NCBI RefSeq assembly: GCF_009914755.1
Contig: NC_060938.1
Strand: one strand, 5' to 3'
DNA from: the human T2T-CHM13v2.0 reference genome, Homo sapiens
Length of the DNA: 64,000 nucleotides
Under the pieces are notes generated by a model, which saw only the letters and a program-made list of their open reading frames with translations, was not told the origin of the DNA and did no database searches. Of this stretch, positions 1-12,000 are shown in pieces. Both the position numbers and the translations under genes were made by a program. Position 1 is the first letter of the stretch. Each line of letters begins with the position of its first letter.

Positions 1-3000
1 CAATGGAATGCAATGGAATGCAATGGAATGGAATGCAATGGAATGAAATGGAATGGAATGCAATGGAATGAAATGGAATGGAATGCATTGGAATACAAAG
101 GAATGAATGGTGAAATTAAATGTGAGCTAAGATAGTGTCACTGCACTCCAGCCAGGGTGACACAGTGAGATCCTGTCAAAAGAAAGGAATGGAATGGAAT
201 GGAGTTAAATGGAATGGAATGGAATCGAATGGAGTGGTGTGAAGTGGGTGGAAAGGAGTGGAATGGAGTGGAATTGAATGGGATGGATTGGAAGGAAATG
301 GAGTAGACTGGATTGGAGTGGAGAGGAATGGAGTGAAATGGAATGGGATGGAATGGAAAGGAGTGCAGTGGAGTGGAGTGGAGTTTATTGGAGTGGAGTG
401 GAATGGAGTGGAATGGTATGGTATGGAATGGATTGCAATGGAATGGAATGGAATAAAAAAGAGGGGAGTAGAGTGGAGTGGAAATGAGTGGAGTGTAATG
501 GAATGAAATGAAATGGAATGGAATGCAATTGAATAGTGAAAGAAATGTGAGCTGAGATTGTGCCACATTATTACAGCCTTTTTTGACACAGTGAGATCCT
601 GTCAAAGGGAAGGAATGGAATGGAATGTGTTGGAATGGAATGGAGTGCAATGGAATGGGACGGAAAGGAATGGGATGGGATGGAATGGAATGGAATGGAA
701 TGGAATGGAATGGAATGGAATGGAATGGAATGGAATGGTGAAATAAAATGTGAGCTAAGATTGTGCCACTACACTCCAGTCTGGGTGACAGAGTGAGATC
801 CAGTCGAAATAAAGGAACGGAATGGAATGTGGTAGAATGGAATGGAGTGGAGTGGAGTGGAGTCGAGTGGAATGGACTGGAGTGGAGTGGAGTGGAATAG
901 AATGGAGAGGAGTAGAGTGGAATTGAATGGAATGAAGTGGAATGGAATGGAGTGGAGAAGAATGGAATGGAGTGGAGTGGAATGGAGTGGAGAGGAGAGA
1001 AGTGCAGGGGAATGGAGTGGAATACAGTGGAATGGAGTGTAACGGAATGGAGTGGAGTGGAATGGAGTAGGGTGGAGTGGAGTAGAGTGTAATGGGATGG
1101 CGTGGAGTGGAGTGGAATGTAATGGAGTTACATGGAATGGAATGGAGTGGAGTGGAGTGGAGTGAAATGCAATGGAGTGGAATGCAGTGGAATATAATGG
1201 AATGGAATGGAATGGAGGAATGAAATGTGAGCTAAGATTTTGACACTGCCCTCTGGTCTGTGTGACAGTGTGAGATCCATTCGAAATAAAGGAATGGAAT
1301 GGAATGGAGTAGAATCGAATAAAATGGAGTGGAGGGGATTGGAGTGGAGTGGAGTGGAGTGGAATGGAACGGAATGGAGGGGAATGAAATTCAATGGAAT
1401 GGAATGAATGGAATGGAATGGAATGGAGTGGAATGAAGTAGAGTGGAGTGGGGTGGAAAGGAATGGGATGGATTGGAGTGGAGTGGAATAGAATGGAATG
1501 AAATGGAGTGGAGTGGAGTTGAATGGAGAGGAGTGGAATGGAATGGAATGGAATGAAATTGAATGCAGTGGTGAAATGAAATGTGAGGTGATATTGTGCC
1601 ACCGAACTCCAGCCTGTGTGACAGAGTGAGATCCTCTCAAAAGAAAGGAATGGAATGGAATGGAGTGGAGTGGAATGGAATGGAATGGAATGCAGTGGAG
1701 TGGAGTGGAAAAGAGTGGAATGGAATGCGGTGGAGTGGAATGGAATGGAGTGGAGTGGAGTTTAGTGGAGTGGGGTGGAGTGGAATTGAGTGGAATGGAA
1801 AGGGATGGAATGGAATGCAATGCTGAGGAGTGGAGTGGAGGGGAGTTCAGCGGAGTGGAGAGGGGAGGAATGGAATTTAGTGAAGTGGAGTGGAGTATAG
1901 TGGAATGGAGAGGAATGGAATGGGATGGAATGGAATTGAGTGGAGTGGAGTGCAGTGGAATGGAATGTAATGGAATGGAATGCAGTGGAGTGGAGTGGAG
2001 TTCACAGAAGTGGAATGGAATGGGATGGAATGGAATGGAATGCAAAGGAATGGAATGGAATTCAATGAAATACAAAGGAATGGATGGTGAAATTAAATGA
2101 GAACTGAGATCGTGCCACTGCACTCCAGCCAGGGTGACACAGTGAGATCCTGTTGAAAGAAAGGAATGGAATGGAATGGAGTGAAATGGAATGGAATGGA
2201 ATCGAATGGAGCGTAGTGAAGTGGAGTGGAAAGGAGTGGAATGGAGTGGAATTGAATGGGATGGATTGGAATGAAATGGAGTGGACTGGAGTGGAGTGGA
2301 GAGGAATGGAGTGAAATGGAATGGGATGGAATGGAAAGGAGTAGAGTGGAGTGGAGTGGAATTTACTGGAGTGGAGTGGAATGGGGTGGAATGGTATGGA
2401 ATGGAGTGGAATGGAGTGGAATTGTATGGAATGGAATGGAATGGAATGGAATGGAATGGAATGGAATGGAATGGAATGGAATAGAGGGGAGTGGAGTGGA
2501 GTGGAATGGAGTGGAGTGGAACGGAATGCAATGGAATGATGAAAGAAATGTGAGCTGAGATGGTCACACTGTATTACAGCCTTTTTTGACACAGTGAGAT
2601 CCTGTCAAAGGAAAGGAATGGAATGGAATGTGTGGGAATGGAATGGAGTGCAATGGAATGGGATGGAATGGAATGAGATGGAATGGAATGGAATGGAGTG
2701 GAATGGAATGGAATGGAATGGAATGGAATGGTGAAATAAAATGTGAGCTAAGATTGTGCCACTGCACTTCAGTCTGGGTGACAGAGTGAGATCCAAACGA
2801 AATAAAGGAATGGAATGGAATGTGGTAGAATGGAATGGAGTGGAGTGGACTGGAGTCGAGTGGAGTGGAATGGAGTGGAGTGGAGTGGAACGGAGTGGAG
2901 TGGAGTGGAATGGAATGGAGTGGAGTGGAATGGAGTGCAGTGGAATGAAGTGGAATGGAGTGGAATGGAATGTAACGGAATAGAGTGGAGAGGAATGGAG

Positions 3001-6000
3001 TAGAGTTGAGTGGAGTGTAATGGGGTGGCGTGGAGTGGAGTGGAGTGGAATGTAATGGAGTTTAATGGAATGGAATGAAGTGGAGTGGAGTGCAGTGGAA
3101 CTGAATGGAGTGGAGTGGAATGGAATGGAATGGAATGGAATGGAATGGAATGGAATGGTGAAATGAAATGTGAGCTAAGATTTTGCCACTACACTCTGGT
3201 CTGTGTGACAGTGTGAGATCCATTCGAAATAAAGGAATGGAATGGAATGGAGTAGAATGGAATAAAATGGAGTGGAGTGGAGTGGAGTGGAATAGAACGG
3301 AATGGAGGGAAATGGAATGGAATGGAATGAATGAAATGGAATGGAATGGAGTGGAATGGAGTGGAGTGGGGTGGAAAGGAATAGGATTGAGTGGAGTGGA
3401 GTTGTGTAGAATGGAGTGAAATGGAGTGGAATGGAGTGGAGTGGAATGGAGTGGAGTGGAATGGAATGGAATGGAATGAAATTGAATGCAATAGTGAAAT
3501 GAAATGTGAGGTGATATTGTGCCACTGAACTCCAGCCTGGGTGACAGTGTGAGATCCTCTCAAAAGAAATGAATGGAATGGAATGGAATGGACTGGAATG
3601 GAATGCAATGGAAGGCAGTGGAGTGGAGTGGAGTGGAATAGAGTGGAATAGAAAGTGATGGAGTGGAATGGAGTGGAGTGGAGTGGAGTGGAGTTTAGTT
3701 GAGTGGAGTGGAGTGGAGTGGAATTGAGTGGAATGGAAAGGGATGGAATGGAATGGAATGATGAGGAGTGGAGTGGAGGGGAGTTGAGTGGACTGGAGTT
3801 GGGAGGAATGAAATGGAGTGGAGTATAGTGGAATGGAGTGGAATGGAACTGGATTGAATGGAATTGAGTGGAGTGGAGTGGAATGGAATGGAATGCAGCA
3901 GAGTGTAGTGGAGTGTAGTTCACAGAAGTGGAATGGAAAAGGATGGAATGGAATTGAATGGAATGCAATGCAATGGAACACAAAGGAAAGGATGGTGAAA
4001 TTAAATGTGACCTGAGATAGTGCCACTGCACTCCAACCAGGGTCACACAGTGAGATCCTGTCGAAAGAAAGGAATGGAATGGAATGCAGTCAAATGGAAT
4101 GAAATGGAATCGAATGGAGTGTAGCAAAGCGGTGTGGAATGGAGCGGAATGGAGTGGAATTGAGTGGGATGGATTAGAATGGAATGGAGTGACCTGGAGT
4201 GGAGTGGAGAGGAATGGAGTGAAATGGAATGGGATGGAATAGAAAGGAGTGGAGTGGAGTGGAGTTTATTGCAGTGGAGTGGAATGGAGTGGAATGGTAT
4301 GGAATGGAATGGAATGGAATGGAATGGAATGGAATGGAATGGAATGGAGTGGAGTGCAGTGAATTATAGTGGAATGGAGTGGAATGGAATGGGATGGAAT
4401 GGAATGGAGTGGAGTGGAGTGGAGTTCACAGAAATGGAATGGAATGGGATGGAATGGAATTGAATAGAATGCAATGGAATGGAATGCAATGGAATGAAAA
4501 GGAATGGAATGCAAAGGAATGAAATGGAATGGAATGCAATGGAATGAAATGGAATGGAATGCAATGGAATGAAATGGAAAGGAACGCAATGGAATACAAA
4601 GGAATGGATGGTGAAATTAAATGTGACCTGAGATAGTGCCACTGCACTCCAGCCAGTGTGACACAGTGAGATCCTGTTGAAAGAAAGGAATGGAATGGAA
4701 TGGAGTAAAATGGAATGGAATTGAATCGAATGGAGTGTAGTGAAGTGGTGTGGAATGGAGTGGAATTGAATGGGATGGATTGGAATGGAATGGAGTGGAC
4801 TGGAGTGGTGTGGAGAGGAATGGAGTGAAATGGAATGGGAAGGAATGGAAAGGAGTGGAGTGGAGTTTATTGGAGTGAAGTGGAATGGAGTGGACTGGAG
4901 TGGTGTGGAGAGAAATGGAATGAAATGGAATGGGAAGGAATGGAAAGGAGTGGAGTGGACTTTATTGGAGTGAAGTGGAATGGAGTGGAATGGTATGGAA
5001 AGGAATGGAATGGAATGGAATGGAATGGAATCTAATAGAGGGGAGTGGAGTGGAAGGGGTGGAGTGGAATGGAATGGAATGGAATGCAATGGAATGGTGA
5101 AAGAAATGTGAGCTGAGATTGTGCCACTGTATTACAGCATTTTTGACACAGTGAGATCCTGTCAAAGGAAAGGAATGGAATGGAATGTGTTGGAATGGAA
5201 TGGAGTGCAATGGAATGGAATTGGTTGGAATGGAATGGAATCTAATGGAATGGAATGGAATGGAATGGAGTGGAGTGGAATGGAATGGAGTGGAGTGGAG
5301 TAAAATGGAGGGGAGTGGAGAGGATTGCAGTGGAATGGAGTGGCATGGAGTGGAATGGAGTGTAACGGAATGGAGTGGAGTGGAATGGAGTAGAGTGGAG
5401 TGGAGTGTAATGGGGTGGCATGGAGTGGAGTGGAGCAGAATGTAATGGAGTTTAATGGAATGGAATGGAGTGGAGTGGAGTGGAGTGGAATGGAATAGAG
5501 TGGAGTGGAGTCGGGTGGAATGGAATGGAATTGAATGGAATGGAATGGAATGGAATGGAATGGAAAAATGAAATGTGATCTAAGATCTTGCAACTGCACT
5601 CCAGTCTGTGTGACAGTGTGAGATCCATTTGAAATAAAGGAATGGAATGGAATGGAGTAGAATGGAATAAAATGGAGTGGAGTGGAGTGGAATGGAACGG
5701 AATGAAGGGGAATGGAATAGAATGGAATGAATGGAATGGAATGGAATGTATTGGAATGGAATGGAATGGAATGGTGAAATGAAATGTGAGCTGAGATTGT
5801 GCCACTGCACTCCAGCCTCGGTGACAGAGCAAGATCCTGTCAAAAGAAAATATTGGAATGGAATGGCGTGGAATGGAATGGAATGCAGTGCAGTGGAGTG
5901 GAGTGGAAAGGAGTGGAATGGAATGGGATGGAATGAAATGGAGTGGAGTGGAGTAGAGTGGAATGGAATGGAGTGGAGTCGAGTGGAAAGGAGTGGAGGG

Positions 6001-9000
6001 GAGTGGAGTGGAATGGAATGGAATGGAATGCAATGCAATGGAATGGTGAAAAGAAATGTGTGCTTATATTGTGCCACTGTGCTACAGCCTGTGTGAGAGA
6101 GGGAGATCCTGTTGAAAGAAAGGAGTGGAATGGAAGGGATTGGAATGGAATGGAAAGGAATGGATGGAAGTGGAGTGGAGTGGAATTGATTGGAGTGGAG
6201 TGGAGTGCAGTGGAATGGAATGGAATGGAATGGAATGGAATGGATTGGAATGGAATGGAATGGAATGGAATGGAATGGAATGGAATGGAATTGAATGGAA
6301 TGGAATGGATTGGAATGGAATGGAATGGAATCGTGAAATGAAATGGGAGCTGTTATTGTGCCACTGCACACCAGCCTGAGTGACAGAGTGAGATACTGTC
6401 AAAAGAAAGGAATGGAATGGAATGGAGTTTAATGGAATGGAATGGAGTGGAGTGGAGTGGAAAGGAGTGGAATGGAATGGGATGGAATGGACAGGTGTGG
6501 AGTGCACTGGAATGGAGAGGAGTGGAGTGTAGTGGCATGGATTGGAGTGGAGTGGAGTGGAGTGGAATGGAATGGAATGGAGAAATGAAATGTGAGCTGA
6601 GATTGTGCCACTGTACTCCAGGCTGGGTCACAGAGTGAGATACTCTCGAAAGGAAGGAATGGAATGGAATGCAGTGGAATGGAATGGAATGGAATGGAAT
6701 GGAATGGAATGGAATGGAGTGGACTGGAGTGGACTGGAGTGTACTGGAGTGGATTGGAATGGCGAGGAATAGAACGGGATGGAATGGAATGGAATGGAAT
6801 GGAGTGGACTGGAGTGGACTGGAGTGTACTGGAGTGGATTGGAATGGCGAGGAATAGAACGGGATGGAATGGAATGGAATGAAGTGGAGTGGAGTGGGGT
6901 GGAGTGGAGTTCAGTGGAATGGAGAGGAGTGGAGTTCAGTGGAATGGAGCGGAGTGGGGTTCAGTGGAAAGGAGCCGAATGGAATGGGATGGAGTGGAAT
7001 GGAGTGGAGTGGAGTGGAGTGCAGTGGAGTGGAATTGAGTGGAATGGAATCAGATGTAATGGAATGCAGTGGAATAGAGTGGCGTGGAGTGGAGTGGAAC
7101 GAAGTGGAATGGAATAGAATTGAATGGAATGGAATTGAATACAATGCAATGGAAAGTTGACATGTAATGTGAGCTGTGATTGTGCCACTGCCCTCCAGCC
7201 TGGGTGACACAGTGATATCCTGTTGAAAGAAAGGAATGGAATGCAATGGAGTTAAATGGAATGGAATGGAATGGAGTGGAGTGGAGGGGAGTGGAGTGGT
7301 GTGGACTGGAGTGAAATGGAGTCGAATGGAAAGGGATGGAGTGAAATGGAATGGAGTGGAGTGGACTAGAGGTAAATAGGGTGGAATGGAATTGGATGGA
7401 ATGGAATGCAATGGAATGGTGAAAAGAAATTTGAGCTGAGATTGTGCCACTGCACTCCAGCCTTTGTGACAGAGTGAGCTCCTGTGGAAAGAAAGGAATG
7501 GAATGGAATGGAGTGGAATAGTATGGAATGGAATGGAGTGAAGTGGAGTGGAGTGGAGTCAAGTGGAATGCAGTGGAATGGAATGGGATGGAGAGGAATG
7601 GCATGGAGTGGAGTAGAGAGGAGTGGATTGGAGTGGAGTAGAGTGAAATTTAGTGAAATGGAATGGGATGGAATTGAATGCCATGGAGTGAGGTGGAGTG
7701 GAGTGGATTGGAGTGGAGTAGAGTGGAATGGAGTGGAGTGGAATGGAATGGAATGGAATGCAGTGGAATGTAATGGAATGGAATGCAATGGAATAGAATG
7801 GAATGGAGTAGTGAAATGAAATGTGAGCTGAGTTTGTGCCACTGCCCGCCAGTCTGGTAGACAGGGTGAGATGCTATCAAAAGAAAGGAATGGAATGGAA
7901 TGGAGTGGAGTGAAGTTGATTGTAGTGGAGTGGTGTGGACTGGAATGGAGTGGAATGGAGTGGAATGGAATGGGATGGAGTGGAATGGAATGGGATGGAG
8001 TGGAATGGAATGGAGTGTAGTGAGTGGAGTGGCATGGAGTGAAATGCAGTGGAATGGAATGGAGTGGAGTGGAGTGGAATAGAGTGGACTGGAGTGGAAT
8101 GGAATGGAATGGAATGGAATGGAGTGGAGTGGAATGGAATGGAGGGGAATGGAATGAAATGGAATGGAATAGAATGGAATAGTGAAATGAAATGTAAGCT
8201 GAGATTCTGTCACTGCACTCCAGACTGGGTGACAGAGAGACATCCTGTCGAATGTGAGGAATGGAACGGAATGGATTGGAATGGAATGGAATGGAATGGA
8301 GTGGAGTGGAGTGGAATGGAATGGAGTGGAAAGGAAAGGAATGGAAAGGAGTGGAGTGGAGAGGAGTGGAGTCGAATGGAATGGAATGGGATGGAATCGA
8401 ATGGAATGAAGTGGAGGGGAGTGGAGTGGAGTGTTGGGGAGAGGAGTGGAGTGGTATGGAATTGGATGGAATTGAATGGAGTAGAGTGGAGTTGAGTGGA
8501 GAGGAATGGAGTAGAGTGGAGTGGAATTGAATGGAATGGAATGGAGTGGAGTCGAATGAAGAGGAGTGGAGTGGAGTGCAGGGGAATGGAATGTAGTGGA
8601 ATCGAATTGAATGGAATGGAAAGCAATGGAATGGAATAGAATGGAATGAAGAAGTGAAATATGAGCTGAGATTGTGCCACTGCACTCCAGCATAGGTGAC
8701 AGAGTGAAAACCTGTTGAAAGAAAGGAATGGAATGGAAAGGACTGGAATGCAATGGAATGGAATAGAGTGTAGTGGAGTGCAGTATATTGGAATGGAGTG
8801 GAATGGAACGGGATGGAATGGAATGGAGTGGAGTGGAGTAGAATGGAGTTGAGTGGAATGGAATGGATTGGAATGGAATGGAATGCAGTGGAGTGGAGTG
8901 GAGTTCACAGGCGTGCAATGGAATGGGTTGGAATGGAATTGAATGGAATGGAATGGAATGGAAAGGAATGGAATGGAATGAAATGAAATGGAATGCAATG

Positions 9001-12000
9001 GAATGGAATGCAGTGGAAGGGAATTCTGAAATTAAATGTGAGCTGAGATAGTGCCACTGCACTTCAGCCTGTGTGACAGAGTGAGATCCTGTGGAAATAA
9101 ATTAATATAATGTAAGGGAGTGAATTATAATGGAATGGAATGGGATGGAATGGAATGGAATGGAATCGAATAGAATGGAATGGAATGGAATGGAGTAGAG
9201 TGGAGTGGAATGGAGCATAATGGAGGGGAAAGGAATGAGATGGAGTGGAATGGAATGGAGTGCAGTGGATTTGAGTGGAGAGGAATGGAGTGAAATGGAA
9301 TGGGATGGAATGGAATGGAGTGGAGTGGAGTGAATTGGGGTGGAGTGAATTTGACTGGATTGGAGTGGAATGGAGTGGAGTGGAGTGGAGTGGAATGGAA
9401 TGGAGTGGAGTGGAGTGGAGTGGAGTGGAGTGGAATGGAATGGAATGGAATGGAATGGAATGGAGGGGAGTGGAGTGGAGTGGAAGGGAATGGAGCAGAA
9501 TGGAATGGAATGGAATGGAATGGAATGGAATGGAATGGAATGGTGAAATAAAATGTGAGCTGAGATTGTGCCACTGTGTTCCAGCGTTTTTTGGCACAGT
9601 GAGATCCCATCGAAAGAAAGGAATGGAATGGAATGGGATTGAATTGAATGGAGTGGAGTTGATTGGAGTGGAGTGGAGTGGGGTCGAGTGGAATGGAGTG
9701 GAATGAAATGGGATGGAATGGAATGGCTTGTAGTGGAGTGGGGTGGAGTGAATTTGAGTGGAGTAGGGTGGAATGGAGTGGAATGGAATGGGATGGAAGG
9801 GAATGACATGGAGTGGAGTGGAGTGGAGTTGAGTGGAGTAGAGTGGAATGGAATGGGATGGAAGGGAATGACATGGAGTGGAGTGGAGTGGAGTTGAGTG
9901 GAGCAGACTGGAATAGAATGGAATGGAATGGAATGGTATTGAATGTTATGGAATGGAATAGATTGGAATGGAATTAAATGGTTAAATGAAATGTGAGCTG
10001 AGTTTGTGCCACTGCACGCCAGCCTGGATGACAGAGTGAGATCCTGTCGAAAGAAAGGTATGGAATGGAATTTAGTGTAGTGGAGGGGCATGGAGTGATG
10101 TGGAGTGGAATGGAGTGGAATGGAATCGGATGGAGTTGAATGGAACGGAGTGCAGTGGAGTGGAGTGAAGTGGAGAGGAGTGGAATGGTGTGGAATGGAA
10201 AGGAATGGTGTGGAGTGGAATGGAGTGGGGTGGAATGGAGTGGACTGTAGTGGAATGGAGTGGAATTGAATGTAATGGAATGGAGTGGAGTGGAGTGCAG
10301 TGGAGAGGGGTGGAGGGGAATGGAATGGAACGGAATGCAATGGAATGGAGTGGAGTGAGGTAGAGTGGATTGGAGTGTAATGGAGTAGAATGGAATGGAA
10401 AGGAATGGAATAGTATAGAATGGAATGATGAAATGAAATATGAGCTGAGATTGTGCCACTGCACTCCAGCCTCGGTGACAGAGTGAGATTCTGTTGAAGG
10501 AAAGGAATGGAATGGAAAGCAGTGGAATGGAACGGAATGGAATGGAATGGAATAGAATGCAGTGGAGTGGAGTGGATTGGAGTTCACAGGAATGCAATGG
10601 AATGGGTTGGAATGGAATTGAATGGAATGGATTGCAATGGAATGGAATGCAATAGAAGGGAATGCAATGGAATGCAATGGAATGGAATTGTGAAATTAAA
10701 TGTGAGCTCAGATAGTGCCACTGCACTCCAGCCTATGTGACAGCGTGAGATACTGTCAAAAGAAATTAATGGAATGTAGGGGATTGAATTATAATGGAAT
10801 GGAGTGGAGTGGATTGGAGTGGAATGCACCGTAATGGAGTGGAATGGAATGGGATGGAGTGGAATGGAATGGAGTGGAATGGAATGGAATGGAGTGGAGT
10901 GGAGAGGAATGGAGTGGAATGGAATAGGATGGAATTGAATACCATGGAGTGAGGTGGATTGGAGTGGAGTAGAGTGGAATGGAGTGGAGTGGAATGGAAT
11001 GGAATGCAGTGGAATGCAATGGAATTGAATGCAAAGGAATAGAATGTAATGGAGTGGTGAAATGAAATGTGAACTGAGTTTGTGCCACTGTCTGCCAGTC
11101 TGGTTGACAGGATGAGATGCTGTAAATAGAAAGAAATGGAATGGAATGGAGTGGAGTGGAGCTGAGTGGAGTGGAGTGGTGTGGAATGGAATGGAGTGGA
11201 ATGCAATGGGATGGAGTGGAATGGAATGGAGTGCAGTGAGTGGAGTGGCATGGAGTGAAATGCAGTGGAATGGAATGGAATGGAATGGAGTGGAGTGGAG
11301 TGGAGTGAAATGGAATGGAGTGGAATGGAATGGAATGGAATGGAATGGAATGGAATGGAATGGAATAGTGAAATGAAATGTGAGCTGAGATTCTGCCTCT
11401 GCACTCCAGACTGGGTGACAGAGTGAGATCCTGTTGAATGTAAAGAATGGAATGGAATAGAGTGGAATATAATGGAGTGGAGGGGAGTGGAGTGGAATAG
11501 AGTGGAGTAGAATGGAGTGGAGTAGAGTGGAATGGAATGGGATGGAATCTAATGGTATGAAGTGGAGGGGAGTGGAGTGGAGGGACGAGGGGTGGAATGG
11601 AATGGAATTGGATGGAGTGGAGTGGATTGGGGTGGAGAGGAGTGTAGTAGAGTGGAATGGAAAGGAATGCAATGGAATGGAGTGGAGTGGAGCAGAGTGG
11701 ATTTTAGTGTAATGGAATAGAATGGAATGGAAAGGAATGGAATGGTATTGACTGGAATGATGAAATGAACTATGAGCTGAGACTGTGCCACTGCACTCCA
11801 GCCTGGGTGACAAAGTGAGATCCTATCGAAGGAAATGAATGGAATTTAAAGGAGTGGAATGGAATGGAATGGAATGGAATGAATGGAATAAAGTGGAGTG
11901 GAGTGGCGTGGAATGGAATTGAATGGAATGGAGTGGAGTGCCGTGGAGTGGATTGGAGTGCATAGGAGTGGAATGAAATGGGATGGAATGGAATTGAATG

